Shown here: piece by piece, positions 1-14,557 of the stretch
Layout: each line of letters starts with the position of its first letter
How positions within the stretch are numbered: the first letter of the stretch is position 1
Assembly (NCBI RefSeq): GCF_006345805.1
Contig: NC_043001.1
Location: 36,022,001 to 36,086,000 of the forward strand
DNA: 64,000 nt
Source: Octopus sinensis
Taxonomy: Eukaryota
Reading direction: 5' to 3'
Position numbers and translations under genes: made by a program
Notes under the pieces: model-generated
Databases searched by the model: none
What the model was told of the DNA's origin: nothing
The model's input: the letters and a program-made list of their open reading frames with translations, nothing else

Positions 1-108
1 AACTATTATTGCTACCGCTACAACAACCAGTGCTATTATTTTATGATTTTATGAGATGCTACGGTTGTTTTTTAAGAAAAATCAAGAAGCAGAGTAATGG
101 GGAGGAGA

Positions 109-390
109 AGAAGGAGAAGAAGAAGAAGAAGAAGAAGAAGAAGAAGAAGAAGAAGAAGAAGAAGAAGAAGAAGAAGAAGAAGAAGAAGAAGAAGAAGAAG
201 AAGATGATGATGAAGATGAAGATGATGAAGATGATGAAGATGAAGATGATGAAGATGATGATGAAGAAGATGAAGATGATGATGAAGATGAAGGTGATGA
301 AGATGATGAAGAAGATGATGAAGATGAAGAAGATGATGAAGATGATGACGATGAAGATGATGAAGATGACGACGACGATGATGATGATGA
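109..390. repeat. (GAA)n grading into (GAT/GAA) trinucleotide repeat
   Basis: Read directly from the sequence. Confidence 0.98.
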
Positions 391-649
391 TCACAGAATA
401 AAGAGAGAAGTATTAATAAGACTATAGTGTCGAGAAAAATTTATTTAAGAAAATCTCTCCTAATCCTTCTTTGGTTATAATTTGAAATAGCTGTAATTAG
501 AAATGTTACGTTAATGATTCATACATCTGGTTAATGCAGGGACTATCATAACATCATAGTTAGATATGTTGTGTATAGAGTCTGTGACGAGCGCGAGTTC
601 TAGTTTTTCTTTCATTTTTAATTGATTTCTAACATATGCACAGAGGCAA

Positions 650-810
650 CAGAATAGGTTACATGAAGGAGGATAACTGGACAGAAATTTCTGAGTGGAC
701 GAGGCATGTCCCTAGCCATCTCCAAGGAACAGACGCCATTACAGTAGCAGAAGAAAACAAAGAGAGAGGAAACAGCAAAGCAGGCATCGACAGGGTCGAA
801 CTCAACATCA
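650..810 (+). pseudogene. Possible highly degenerate RTE-LINE C-terminal remnant
   Basis: GYMKEDNWTEISEWT and GIDRVE resemble RTE GH..RM.D.RWT....EW and A.DR..W motifs. Confidence 0.35.
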
Positions 811-833
811 GTTTTATAATATTTGTAAAGATA

Positions 834-1025
834 GGCGTAGGAGTGGCTGTGTGGTAAGTAGCTTGTTTACGAACCACATGGCTCCGGGTTCTGTCCGCAC
901 TGCGTGGCACCTTGGGCAAGTGTCTTCTACTATATCCTCGGTCCGACCAAAGCCTTGTGAGTGGATTTGGTAGACGGAAACTGAAAGAAGCCCGTCGTAT
1001 ATATGTGTATATATATATATATATA

Positions 1026-1065
<40 letters not shown>

Positions 1066-1240
1066 CTTGTGTGCCAGTGTTTACATCCCCGTAACTTAGT
1101 GGTTCGGCCAAAGAGACCGGTAGAATAAGTACTAGGCTTACAAACAATACGTTCTGGGGTCGATTTGCTCGACTAAAGGCGGTGCTCCAGCATGGCCACA
1201 GTCAAATGACTGAAACAAGAAAAAGAGAGTAAAGAGAGTA
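834..1240 (+). mobile_element. SINE family 1 (tRNA head, CORE-like ccttgggcaagtg block, internal TA/TG tract, AAGAGT tail), full length
   Basis: A-box TGGCTGTGTGG, degenerate B-box, homology to the other copies listed. Confidence 0.9.
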
Positions 1241-2093
1241 TATCGGAGCATATGTTGCCAACACATATGAACTCATTTCTGTGATCAGCACTTTATCTGG
1301 TAAATCATAACCAATGTAGTTTACTCGGAGGCCATTCTGTTTTGACTTGACTGCATTTTTTATTTTATCTTATTTATTAACACATAGTTCCTGTGCAATG
1401 GCCAGAAATTGCCTTTCTTCATAGACTTCTGAACTAACATTAAGCTAGATCTAGTATTAAGTATTAAGTATTCCTGATTCGATTTTTCTACCGATTTATA
1501 GGCTGTTGACCATGTACTGGTTTCTCTCGTCATGTTTTAAAGAAATTTTGTATCAATGCTAATTATTTCTTAACTTCCTTCGTAGCCTCCATTGATTCAT
1601 TTTCTCTTGATATCCATCCATTTAGTGCATTTTAAAATGGAAAATAGAAAAAAAAAAAAGAATTACATTTGTCACTTCTTTAGCTATTTGTATTAATTTA
1701 CTGCTACTTGCTGTTAAATATCTTCGTAAAGCTTACTGCGGTAGCAAAATTAATGTCTTACACGCAACAAATCAATTTTACCATGAGACGTCATTTTATA
1801 ACGAGAAGAGAGAGAAAGAGTAAAATAGAAAAACGAATGTTGTTCAGAATTCTGAATTCAGTTAAATGATGGACTATGCAATTGTTAGAACAGCTATTAA
1901 ATTCAAATAAATAACAGAAATCTGTGTGGTATTGCGTTCATGTACGAATGTTTCACTGTGTGTCTGAGTGTATGTTTGGAAGGATAGTGTGTGGAGTAGT
2001 GTGTGGAGTCGTGTGAATGAGAGTGGTAAAGTCACAGAGTAATAGATAGAAAGAAATTATGAAAGTGAGAAACTTATAGAGAGTAACTGTGTA

Positions 2094-2148
<55 letters not shown>

Positions 2149-2692
2149 GAAAGAGAGAGAGAAAAGAGGAATGAAGGGAAACAAACAGATGTAAGAGAGA
2201 CAGAATGGAACGGAAGAAAAGGAGGAAAAAGGCATGGGTGTAGAGAGAGAAGTGAGCGGGCGATAATTCCTAATACGAATCACTATGTCTGCTAGGCTTG
2301 ATTCCTTGTATTTTAATTAGTCATGGCTGCCAATATCTTAAGATTGGTGGTGATGGCGGAGGAAGATTTTTCTCATGAAAATATAAATAAATAAATAAAT
2401 GAAAACCTAAGGATTATATAGAAAAGAAGAAAAAGGAAAAAAAAGAAAATAAGGATATCCCTTATTGGTCGAATGGTAACGTTGACAGGCTGGAAACACA
2501 GATCTTCACGTTGCTTGAATTCTTGATTGATCTTTAACGAAGGTTCAAGGAACAGAAACGGGAAATAGAAGGCATGAGGAGATGATGCACAGGAACAGAA
2601 CGAAGGAAGACTTTTAGGTATCTTGATTATAAACTGCAGTGGTGGGCGACCTTGAAGGTGGTGGGTTTACTACTACTAATGCAGCTGCTGTT

Positions 2693-3371
2693 GCTACTAC
2701 TACTACTACTACTACTACCACTACTACCACTACCATCACCACCACTACTACTACTACTACTACTACCACTACCACTACTACCACCACCACCACTACTACC
2801 ACCACCACCACCACTACTACCACCACACCACCACCACCACTACTACCACCACCACTACTACCACTACTACTACCACCACCACTACTACTACCACTACTAC
2901 CACCACCACCACCACTATTACTACTACCACCACCACCACTACTACTACTACTACCACTACTACCACCACCACCACTACTACCACCACCACCACCACTATT
3001 ACCACCATCACCACTACTACCACCACCACTACTACCACTACTACTACCACCACCACTACTACTACCAGCACCACCACTATTACTACTACCACCACCACCA
3101 CTACTATTACTACTACTACTACTATTAATGTAATAAGAACAACACTAACCACATAATGATAATTACTTCTTTTATTTGCCACAGGGGTATGGATGAGAGG
3201 GACATTACAAGGCCAGTTTACAATTTGTGTGAGGAAAGAAAGGGAAAAGAAAGGGAAAAGACGTGGATGGATGGATGGATGGATGGATGGATGGATGGAT
3301 GGATGGATGATGGATGGATGGATGGATGGATGGATGGATGGATGGATGGATGGATGGATAGATAGATAGAC

Positions 3372-3438
<67 letters not shown>

Positions 3439-3900
3439 ATATACAAGGTAAGCGAGTATATGAATGATTCCGTCCACCTGGTACAGGAGACCCTCCTGCT
3501 AGGGCTAGATAATTGTAGTAATAATTGTTTCAAATTTTGGTGCGAGGTCAGACATTTTAGAAGAGGGGGATAATTCAATAACATCTACCCCAGTTCTTGA
3601 CTGATACACTATTTTACCGACCCCAAAGGATGATGAAAGCTACAATTGACTTCGGAGTAACTTGAACTCGGAACGTTAACGAGTCAGTCAGTTCACTGCC
3701 TCCATAATAATAATGATGACGATGATAATGTTAGTGATGATGATGATGATGATGATGTTAGTGATGATGATGATGATGATGTTAGTGATGATAATGTTAG
3801 TGATGATGATGATGATGATGATGATAATGTTAGTGATGATGATGATGATAGTGAGGATGATATTAGTGGTGGTGATGGGGCAGAAGATGACGATGATGAT
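2693..3900. repeat. Microsatellite cluster: (ACT/ACC)n 2693-3126, (GGAT)n-(GATA)n 3266-3436, (GAT)n 3712-3900
   Basis: Read directly from the sequence. Confidence 0.97.
3530..3700 (-). mobile_element. SINE family 2, old degenerate copy (similar relics at 5633-5712, 18915-19075, 59455-59670, 62560-62672)
   Basis: Diverged accgacccc-aaaggatgatgaaag..ttgaactcggaacg. Confidence 0.6.
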
Positions 3901-4521
3901 TTCTTTTAATAGTGTATTTTAAGTTCGATTTTATTTCGTTCATTATTTCCGTATTTTTTTTTCTCCTCCCCTTAAAATATAAATTAACCGACCAAATTTC
4001 ATTAGAGAAGTAATTAAAAATGGATTTCTAAGCCAGTTCCATCGGATATTTCTTCCTTTACCTTATTTAATTCGTTTTTTTTTTAACCTTTCTTTTTTTT
4101 TTTTTTTGTAATTTATTTCTCAGTAACGTAAGCAAAGGTGTTCATTTACTTGAAGGAAGCAAGTGAATGATGCTATGGTGGTTTTTAACATCACATGATT
4201 ATTAATTTCGCTGCTTCGGTTACTGTTTGTATTAACCATGCTATATATGTCGTGGTTGATGATGTTGTAGATAACGCGATTGTTTACAGTGTTGCACTTG
4301 AGGATCGGATTAGAATTTCTCCTGCTGTACTAAAGATAAGAAATTAATTAAAATCATGATACGGAGAAAGAATTTTGTAACTGAAAACTGTAAGAATCAG
4401 AATTAAATGGCCGAGTTAAATTCAAAAAGAATTACTATAAGGAATATACGCATATAGTCTCAGAAAAAGGGATAAAGTTAGCTTGAAAAAGTATAGTACT
4501 TGAGACATAAATCTATTGAAA

Positions 4522-4890
4522 GATGTGGCTGTGTGGTAAGAAGTTTGCTTCCCGACCATATGGCTCTGGTTTCAGTCCCACTACGTGGCACCTTGGGCAA
4601 GTGTCTTCTAGTATAGCCTCGGACCGACAAAATCATTATGAATGGATTTGGTAGACGGAAACTGAGAGAAGCCTGTCGTATGTGTGCGTTCGTCACACCA
4701 CCACCATTGACAACTGGTGTTGATGTGTTTCCATCCTTGTAACTTAGCAGTCAGGTAAAAAGAAACCAATTTAATAAGTACCGGGTTTAAAAAGAAATAC
4801 AGGGGTCAATTTAGTCATTCGACTAAAAACAGTCAAGGCCGTCCCCCAGCATGGACGCAGTCTCATGACTGAAATAAGTAAATGATAAAA
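4522..4890 (+). mobile_element. SINE family 1, older diverged copy
   Basis: Collinear with 834-1240; internal microsatellite nearly absent. Confidence 0.85.
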
Positions 4891-5171
4891 GGTAAATAAA
4901 TGGAATAAAATGAGGTGTTTTAACAGTGTTTAAAAAGAAAAGAATTGATAAGAAAGAAGGCAGTGCCCATGACGTGATACTATACATCTGTGATTAGTGG
5001 AAAGGAGAGAGAAGAAGGTATGCTAAAATCGAAAACCTGGCCGAATCCTGAATCCTTGATCTTCAGATACATTATTTACCATTATTGCGACTACACTTAT
5101 TATGATGGCTTAGTCAAAAGATGAAGGTAGCATGAACAGCGCCCCTTTTTTTTTTTTTTTGTCTCTTCTAG

Positions 5172-5198
5172 TAGATCCACTCAGATTGGCGGAAGAAA
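5172..5198 (+). CDS. Possible 27-nt micro-exon (DPLRLAEE)
   Basis: Poly-T tract plus gtctcttctAG (NAGNAG), donor A|gtgagg, phase 1 to 1. An alternative donor lies at 5203. Confidence 0.3.
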
Positions 5199-6147
5199 GT
5201 GAGGTAGAGACCATGGCATTCATATATTGATACAGTAACAAGCAGCCCATGATGATGCCGAATTACCTATACTGACATCAGAGCTTTGCTTCGGAAGCTT
5301 GCACCTCAGCTAATGTCAGAAGTTACAAAACAGGGTGATGGATTAAGAATGTCACACAAAAATATATCCAATTCTCTCGCTTGGGTTTATTTACCGACTC
5401 TCTATATTAATTTTCTGCCACAAAGCTTTGAATCAGCTTGATTTTTATGTGGAATGGTATGCCACTTGTCAAGATCGAACCCGAAACAATGTGATCGCGA
5501 AGAAAACTTTTTAACGAAAGGATCAAGCAGGCACTCAGAGAGATAGATGCATAAAGTATGGAAGGACAGTTATACAAGTTTGCTGAAATCATTGGAGCCT
5601 CAGGCAAAATATTCTGTGGAATATGTTCTGGATCTTAGCGTTCTGAGTTCAAATCCCGCCGAGGGTCAACTTTGCGTTTCATACTTCCAGTATTGGTACT
5701 AAAGTCCCAGTGAAAGGCCATGGATTGGAAGAATTATTATAGGGTTGCACGAAAGACTTTGCCATATTCGTTCCAGCTCTATACGTTCTGATGTGGCGAA
5801 ATTGTCTATACCTTAATTATACTAGTCATAGAAATGTCTCAATGAACATTTAGTGACGGCTATTTCGGTCTTCCAAGAAGACGCCAACGAAATGACAAAA
5901 CGGAAGCGTCATCCATCCAAGGAAAGAGGGAGTATGTGTGAATGATGGAAGGAGAGAGAGACTTAAAGGAAGTGAAAATGCTAGACACACAGGAAAGGGA
6001 TGTGTAAAAGGAAGGATGACGGTGGTGTGTGGGAATCAGAAAGAAAATATATTGAAAGTCGTGAATAATTAGAGCAAACTGGGAAATAGGTATTCAAGAA
6101 GCTAGTAAGAGGTTGATGAAATAAGGCATTCTGAGAATGAAGCACGT

Positions 6148-6195
6148 ACACACACACACACACACCACACACACACACACACATACATACATACA

Positions 6196-6231
<36 letters not shown>

Positions 6232-6574
6232 CATACATACATACACATACATATACATACATATTTATATACATACATATATATACATACATACATATAC
6301 ATACATACATATACATACATACATATACATACATATACATACATACATATACATACATACATATACATACATACATATACATACATACATATACATACAT
6401 ATACATACATACATATACATACATACATATACATACATACATATACATACATACATATACATACATACATATACATACATAAATATACATTTACATACAT
6501 ACGTACACATACATACATACATATACACACATACACACACACATACACACACACATACACACACACACATACAT

Positions 6575-6619
<45 letters not shown>

Positions 6620-6747
6620 AAGCATGTTGAGAATATTAAAGTTGAAAGAACTAGAAAAGATGTGTTAAATATGGAGGTTGTAGTGAACTTAACAAGGCAA
6701 GATGTTTTAGCAGCAGACCAATTTTAACGATATTCAATAACAATTGC

Positions 6748-6830
<83 letters not shown>
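6148..6830. repeat. Compound (CA)/(TACA)/(TACATA)/(TA) tract and (GA)n
   Basis: Read directly from the sequence. Confidence 0.97.
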
Positions 6831-6837
<7 letters not shown>

Positions 6838-9566
6838 GTGTATATGTGTGCGTGCATGTATATATATACACATATATACACATATTCATTGGCATGTAGG
6901 CACGACAGTCTGTATGTACATGAAAAGAAAAGAGAGATATATTAAGTGCGGGTAGATTGATCTAATAAATGGTGGCAGGTTGATACTACGTTTAGCTAAG
7001 AATGTAGAAAGAAATTCAGGTGAGCAGACAAAGAGGCGACCAATCAAACAAACTAAATATGATATTGTATGAGTCACAACTTACCATACAAGAGCAAAAT
7101 ATTGATCTTACACAGGGTATATGGAACAGAGAAAAATAGATATAGACACGTATAAAGGAAAGACGGTAAGGGAGGAAAAGGTAAGACTTAACAAATAGAA
7201 TCCGAGACCCGAACAAAAGAAATGAAATAAAATAAGAAAGATAAGACGAAACACAAGCAACGAAAGTAGCAACAAAGCAGTAGAAGGCCAGCTGATACCC
7301 TAAGCAGTAAAGGTTAAATGAGGTAGGATATGACTGCAGGACAGGAGACGGGAAGACATACTTTTAAGACTAATGTGTTAGTCAACACAGGTCATCATCG
7401 TGTGATGCTCTATTGATTTGGTAAGGATTTGTTTTTATAAAATAATGGAACGTAAAGTTGCCTTCAGCACTATCGAAAACTTTATAGAAGCAAAGGTTTT
7501 CGATTAATATTCTTTTTCAGTACGTTTTCTCCTTTTTAACAGACAGTGAGTAGTTTGAGGAAAATTTAGCTGTGAATTCTAGCAGGTTGACAGACATTCT
7601 ATAGGCTTCTTTGTTGGCTTGGAGTTATCGTGAAGAGGCTCTCTGTATCTCTTAGTGTTTAGAGATCTAGACCACAAGAGAGATTTATAAAAGGACAACA
7701 AACGTTGAGTTCATACCGTACCGAGCCTACCTTACCTTACCTTTCCTGCTAGATCTTGCAGGCACAGAGACAGAGCAGAAGAGGAAATGCAACAGCTTCT
7801 GTATATAAAACCATACGATAAACCCTGCATGTCTGAATGCACTGTGTGGTACGCAAATAGACGGCACTGCAGTATATTTACAGCACTGAATCTATCTTAT
7901 TGTCTACCTTCGTGTCATAGGTCTTTTTGTTCAAGACTAAGATTTTGCAATATTCTGTGAAGTAAAGGAATAAAAAGACAAAAAAGAAAAAATAAAGAAT
8001 CTCGGGTTTCAGTCTAATAAATGAATTCGATGTTTATTGAATTTATAGATGAAATACAAGTTAGGCAAATAGGTAAACAAAACACAAGTATAAGTTAGCA
8101 GTAACTAAAAAAAACATTTTTAATGGGAACCGAGATCAATATACTCATAATCATTCCTACCACCAAACATTCCCATTCATATAGCTAATGAACAAACATA
8201 CATTTACAACCATACACTCATTTAAATATAATCAATCTCTCTCCCTCTCTCTCTCTTTATCTATCTATCTGTTTATCTGTCTATCTCTAAATCTCTCTCG
8301 CATACATCGGACATACTAGATATGAATATGCAAGTGATATACATACGTTTGATGAAAAAATTTGCATCATTTAAACGACCCCTAATAATCTAACTCTATT
8401 GTTCTGTTTTTTTTTTGTTTTTGTTTTTTTCCCCTCTTTTTGATAGATTGATTAGTTTCTAAAATTTTTATTATTATACATTTTAGTTGAATGATTAGTA
8501 TTTTCCACAATATATTCCCTGGATGGTTATTTTAGTCATATACATTTAAACTAGATTGTCATTCCTTAAATGTTTATTTCGATGAATTGATTTAAAAAAA
8601 AAAAGATTTTATTTTATTTTTTTTTTTTTTACTGCGTTCACAATCATGAAGAAGACTGCTGGAGGTAATGCTGTCTAAATTTCTTCCAAAATTACTATAT
8701 CACAGAGAAGCTTTTTACTTGCTTTCTGTGGTTTTGAAAGTTCTCAGAAATATAATCTGGAGTGCAATGAACGAGGGGGAAAGACAAATTTAGAAAGAAA
8801 AGTTTCAGTATGGGAATACTAACGAAAGGAGAGTTGTAGGAAGTAATGGAGATGGAGAAAAATGACAGAAAGGGGTAAGTGAGCAACAGTAGTTATGCTT
8901 CGGGTAGGAAAATAAATTTAAGGTAAACCGGGTGAACGGAAGAATAATACACACATATACACATACACACAGAGGAAGGGAGATAGTGAAAGAGAGAAAT
9001 AGAAGTAAAAAAACAAATCTAATGGCAAAATAGAGTTATTTGATGAAATTACAGAGTAAAATGAATAAACAAGAGAGAAAAAAAAAGCAATGAAAGGTCA
9101 AATATCGATGAGAGAGAATGAGTAATTGAAAATAAAGACCTTTAAGGATCGATAGAAGAGAATGACTAATTGAAAACTTATGCTATCAAAACCCAAATAA
9201 TAGGGTTTGTGTCTTTGCAAATTTTGTGTTCAGTATTCCATACGAGCATGTAGCATGTAAATTCCATATATCAGGCAATTTTCCATTCATCAATTTGCTA
9301 CCTGTCCGTCTCACACGCGCGCAAGCACACACCTATTTCAACATTTTACTAGTCAAAATAAGTCTGAAACACATTAATAGTTACATATCTGTTTTTATTT
9401 AGACATTTTATTAATTTTCTATCTCACCCCGCTTTGATCAACAACTAGCTATTTTTTTTTTATCGAACACCTACAAATCAGTGTATCAAACATTTGTTAC
9501 GCGGAAGCGATGACGATTTTGTATGATGGAGTCGCCCGACACAAGAAATCTCCCATCTCCCATTAG

Positions 9567-9689
9567 AACTGAGAGGATGCAATTTAAATATGAACATGCA
9601 ATATGACTCAGATTACGGTCATGACTGGAAAGATCGATATGTTACTTTGATCGATCCGGGACCTCAATGTTATAGGCCTGTTTGGGCAA
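9567..9689 (+). CDS. Possible upstream exon (LRGCNLNMNMQYDSDYGHDWKDRYVTLIDPGPQCYRPVWA)
   Basis: tctcccatctcccattAG acceptor, 123 nt open, phase 1 to 1, weak donor A|gtcaga. Unique sequence with a protein-like translation; phase-compatible with exon A. Confidence 0.4.
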
Positions 9690-10109
9690 GTCAGATAAGG
9701 CTTATCCACAGTAGCAAAAGTTATTAAGCTATAACAGTTGTTTCACGCTATTATATCTTCAATATTGCAGAATGTGTGGCATGAATAACACAGTAAGTCG
9801 TTATCGCACGTTTTTGCTTTGTCCTTTTTTTTAATACTTTGCCACCATTCTAAATTATTTAATTATTTTGTATCGCCCTATGCGAACAATAGCGTCAATG
9901 GCTACAGGTTACCAATGAGTCAACATTACGGTAGTGCATTTACTACAAGATGACACGTTACAAAGCGAGTGCTTGTAACCTGAGGCAGAATATCACGGGG
10001 ACCGTTGCTCGAGAAGGAACGGCTTTCCAGTTCTTTTCATTAAAGCTTATATTGCAAACCACGTCAGTCTGTCTGTCCCTATCTATCTATCTCTTTCCTT
10101 CTCTCTCCC

Positions 10110-10189
<80 letters not shown>

Positions 10190-10328
10190 TACAACAATAT
10201 TAAGGAATGGCCTTGATAGGCCATTCGACCCACTAGACCCACTTTGGACTATGCATAGTTTCGACATACATATTGGCAAACCGATTTAATTAAATTAAAT
10301 TAAATCTATTTGCCACTGGCCTGTCTCG

Positions 10329-10425
<97 letters not shown>

Positions 10426-11373
10426 ATATATATATATAACTTCAGCACAGTTGATTTTTTCCAAACTCACAAGTTATATGCCATCCTGAAGCTGTGGAAG
10501 TTATTTGCCTAAAGCACTCTGCGCAATTGGAACGACATCGGAGCCATTTGGTTGCGAAACGAACTTATAGGTATTGAAATATGCACCATAGATAATCAAA
10601 TATTATAATTTTAGGTAAATAATTTGGTCCACATTCTATAGCGTAAATCTAAAACTCCGCAACATCAACAACTGTGGAAACGTCTGTTAAGCTTTAAATT
10701 TCTATATAGTTTATCGAACTTTAGAAAATACATTATTTCATTCTTATACCTTGTGATTTATTTTTTCATTCGAAACATTAATCAGAAGGGAAAAGGATTG
10801 GCCTCAAGCCTCTAGGATTCAGGTGTAGCATCTTTTAATAAATTTCTGTTTGTATGTAGTTCTTTATATATGCAGAACAACTAAGAACATTTGAGATATT
10901 TTAGAAGAGTGCAGTAGATCGTTCTAGATGAAAGCATAGTATATGAAGTAAAAATAATGGATTCAACTCAAAATATTTACTAATTAAAGCAATTTCCAAA
11001 TAAAATATATCCACAAGTATTTCGATTGGCAATCGGAAACAGTCCACTTTACTTGTATAACAAATTCCAATGGGAATGGCATAAACGTCACAGATTCATA
11101 TTTTCTTAGTACTAAAACTATAACAGTATTGTTCTTAGACACTAATAATTACAGAATTTACGCTTTGTGAAGAAAGAAGAGTCTATTAGTGTGACTCAAA
11201 GCGTATTGTATTTAAGGAGCAATTATCTTGACTAAGAGGGAAGAAAAAATAATAATTGTAATGAGGCTGAGTCACGGATACATAGTCTAAGGTAGAATGT
11301 CGCGTGAAAAAGACTGAGCTGGTGAATATTTCCAAATTATCTAAATGCAATAGCATTATATTTTGATGGAGAC

Positions 11374-11489
11374 AGAGAAAAATAAACCATTCAAATTTGG
11401 GCTCAATGTGTTCAGCATAATTTGTTGAGGAGAGAAAAATAAACCATTCAAATTTGGGCTCAATGCGTTCAGCATAATTTGTTGAGGAG
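11374..11489. repeat. 2 x 57-bp tandem duplication
   Basis: agagaaaaataaaccattcaaatttgggctcaatg(t/c)gttcagcataatttgttgagg occurs twice. Confidence 0.95.
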
Positions 11490-12286
11490 CCCATGTGGTA
11501 AATTCTAATGTGATTTTAGAGATGGCATCTTCATTTGGATATTATTACTTCATTTGCTTTCTCTCCCTGCTTCCATACAATTTTAAGATAATAAAGCAGA
11601 CACAACTTCGGTATTTCAGATTTGTCCGAACAGTGAGTGAATGACATCAAAACAAATGTCATGAAATTGGTAAAGAAATATCGTTCATAAAAAAAAAAAA
11701 TATCTTTATGAATAACAAAAAGAAAAGGAAATAACAAAAATAATACAACAGAAACGGAATAAAATATTCTGTAATGCTTTGACGAAACAAAAGAAATTCT
11801 GTTGATGTCATGAAAAGGGGCTTTCGTATTCCAAACGAAATACTCAGGATGTTACTCTTTATAACAAAAAGTCATCTGATGAATAGGTCATAAGTGAATT
11901 CCTGGTTTTCAACAGCAAGGAACGTGTCTTGATTGCAAGTTAACTCGAAGTGGGATGAAGGGTTGTAAAATTGGCTAGCGGTTGTGGTATATGGAGTGAA
12001 GCTGTTATTGAGCGTAAGTAAGCAACATCAAGGATCATAATAAAAAAAAAAAACACAACAAATAAATAAATAAATAAATAAATATACACCCTACTCCCGC
12101 CGTCCTTCTTTCTGCTAAAAAACACAAAAACTAAAAGGGGGGAATCTCTCGAAGTCAGTGACCGGACAAACGAGTGTTTGGATTTCATAGTTAAGAGACG
12201 AACGAATGGTTGAGTCATCAGCCCAATGATTGAAGAGGACTGGTAGAAGTTGACTGACAGATGGTCGTTAGGACAACATCAGCATC

Positions 12287-12348
<62 letters not shown>

Positions 12349-13154
12349 TAATAGCAATAATAATAATGAACGAAAATCAACAACAAAGGAATAGAATGCA
12401 AGTGTTGGGATATAATGAAGCGTTTGTAGGGCCTACTTTAGCTTCTTAATACAACAATTGAAGAGGGTATGATTTCTATAGGAATGAGAATTTGACAGTG
12501 ACTACAACTACTGTTACATTAATGGTAACGACGACGAAAGAGAGTAAAAACTGTATGTCCGACAATACAGTCTATTTAAACGTCTTTCTATAAACAACTT
12601 TTTAGACTATTGAATATTACCTCTGATTTTCAATTTCCTCATTTTCATGTGTTTTTTTTTGTTTTTTTTTTTTCTGATTCTTTATGCGCCATTGTTTTCG
12701 ACGGTTTTAAGCTTTCTTGAACATTGTTTCTTTTCGCTTCTTTCTCCCTACAATTGTTCCATTATTTTCTGAATTACTCATTCATTGTTATCGTCTTTAA
12801 TCAACAATCTTGTAATTTCATTTTTCCTCCCTATTCAAACAGCAAAGCCTTTAAAACTTAATACAAGTCCGGTCAAATATTTCTTTATTTCACATTCTTG
12901 CTTCTGTAGTAGTAGTAGTAGTAATAGTAGTAGTAGTAGTAGTAGTAGTAGTTGTTGTTATTGTTGTTGTTGCATTGCTTAAATTCATTCATTCATTTTT
13001 CATTTGTAATAAATTTTTGTGTCATATTTATTCTTATCAAAATAAATTTTCGTTCTCTGAAAAAAAAGTATCTTTGAAGTACACACAGCTTTATCTCTGC
13101 TATCATTTTATCATTACTTTTCTCTGAAATTCAGTTTTCGCTTGCCCTGTGACT

Positions 13155-13192
<38 letters not shown>

Positions 13193-13562
13193 TTCTTTCT
13201 CTCTCTTCCACTCACACCCATCCCGATCTACATACATCTATCAAGGGCTCTCGCTCTATCTTCCTCCTCGTCTCTCTCCCACTCATCCCGATAATATAAT
13301 ATTTTCCTTTTTATTTTTCACTGTCATCTTGCTTATTCTCCTTCAATCACTCTTGAGGTTTCATTCATTTATTTATTCGTTTTTTTCCCCCTTTTCTCAC
13401 TCACTCGATGACGTCACCTATATGCTTACATATATGCATACAGATATGAACGCACTCATGTCTATTTGCTTATATATGTGCATATGTGTATGTATATACA
13501 TATATAAATATTGATATGTATGAACATTATTTCTTGTACAATCACGTACACAAATACAATAA

Positions 13563-13662
<100 letters not shown>

Positions 13663-14046
13663 TGCGTGTGCATGCGTATATATTTGTACATACAAACACA
13701 AACATACCAACATACATATGTAGATACATGCATGTATGTAAGTATATATGTGTGTGAGTGTGTGTGTATACATATATATAAATACAGACATCTGTCTATC
13801 TATTCCTTACTATAACTTATCTAACTAATTAGGCAGCTTATAGCTATGATTTTATCCAATATCTGATTGCGATCTGTACATATTTCATACAACTCATACA
13901 ATCTGATCAAAAACCTCCTTCAAAATAGGTGGCTCTAAGCCAAGCTTTGGATCCATAATTCTTGTTGTTCTTTAGCCTCGGTTCTTCCTCGATTAAGCAG
14001 ACCTAAAGGCATTCAAACCCAGCCACAACTATCTTGTTTTATTTTC

Positions 14047-14082
<36 letters not shown>

Positions 14083-14098
14083 TACTACTACTATTATA

Positions 14099-14238
14099 GG
14101 TCGCGAGATGGCAGAACCATTAGCACGCCGGGTGAAATGTTTAGCCCGTCGCTACGTCCTGTATTCAAATTCTGCCGAAGTCGACTTTGCTTTTCCACCT
14201 TTCGGGGTGTTCGATGTAATCGACTAGACCGTCCCCCC
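14099..14238 (+). mobile_element. SINE family 2 (tRNA head; central GACTTTGCCTTTCATCCTTTCGGGGTCGAT block, possibly Meta-type domain)
   Basis: Homologous to 14558-14790, with an internal deletion. Confidence 0.8.
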
Positions 14239-14452
14239 ATATTTTCAGGGCAAAACTCGTGCGAGAATTTAGCATAATCATGATGACTACTTTGAGTTAA
14301 TTAATTTTCGCCACTATTCACATATTTCTCTATATTTTCCGAGATTCGTTTCTAAGCTTAGTAGAAATACACCTCGAGTGGAGGGTATGCTAGATATAAT
14401 TAGCCCTCAATATATGACTGGTATTTATTTAACTTCTTCACCCATGAATGTG
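14239..14452 (+). repeat. ~214-bp segment duplicated at 16640-16855 (direct)
   Basis: About 9 substitutions and 2 indels between the copies, counted by eye. Confidence 0.95.
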
Positions 14453-14518
14453 ACAAAATTTGAAACCATCATCATCATCATCATCATCATCATTATTATT
14501 ATTATTATTATTGTTATT

Positions 14519-14549
<31 letters not shown>

Positions 14550-14557
14550 TTGTTAAA

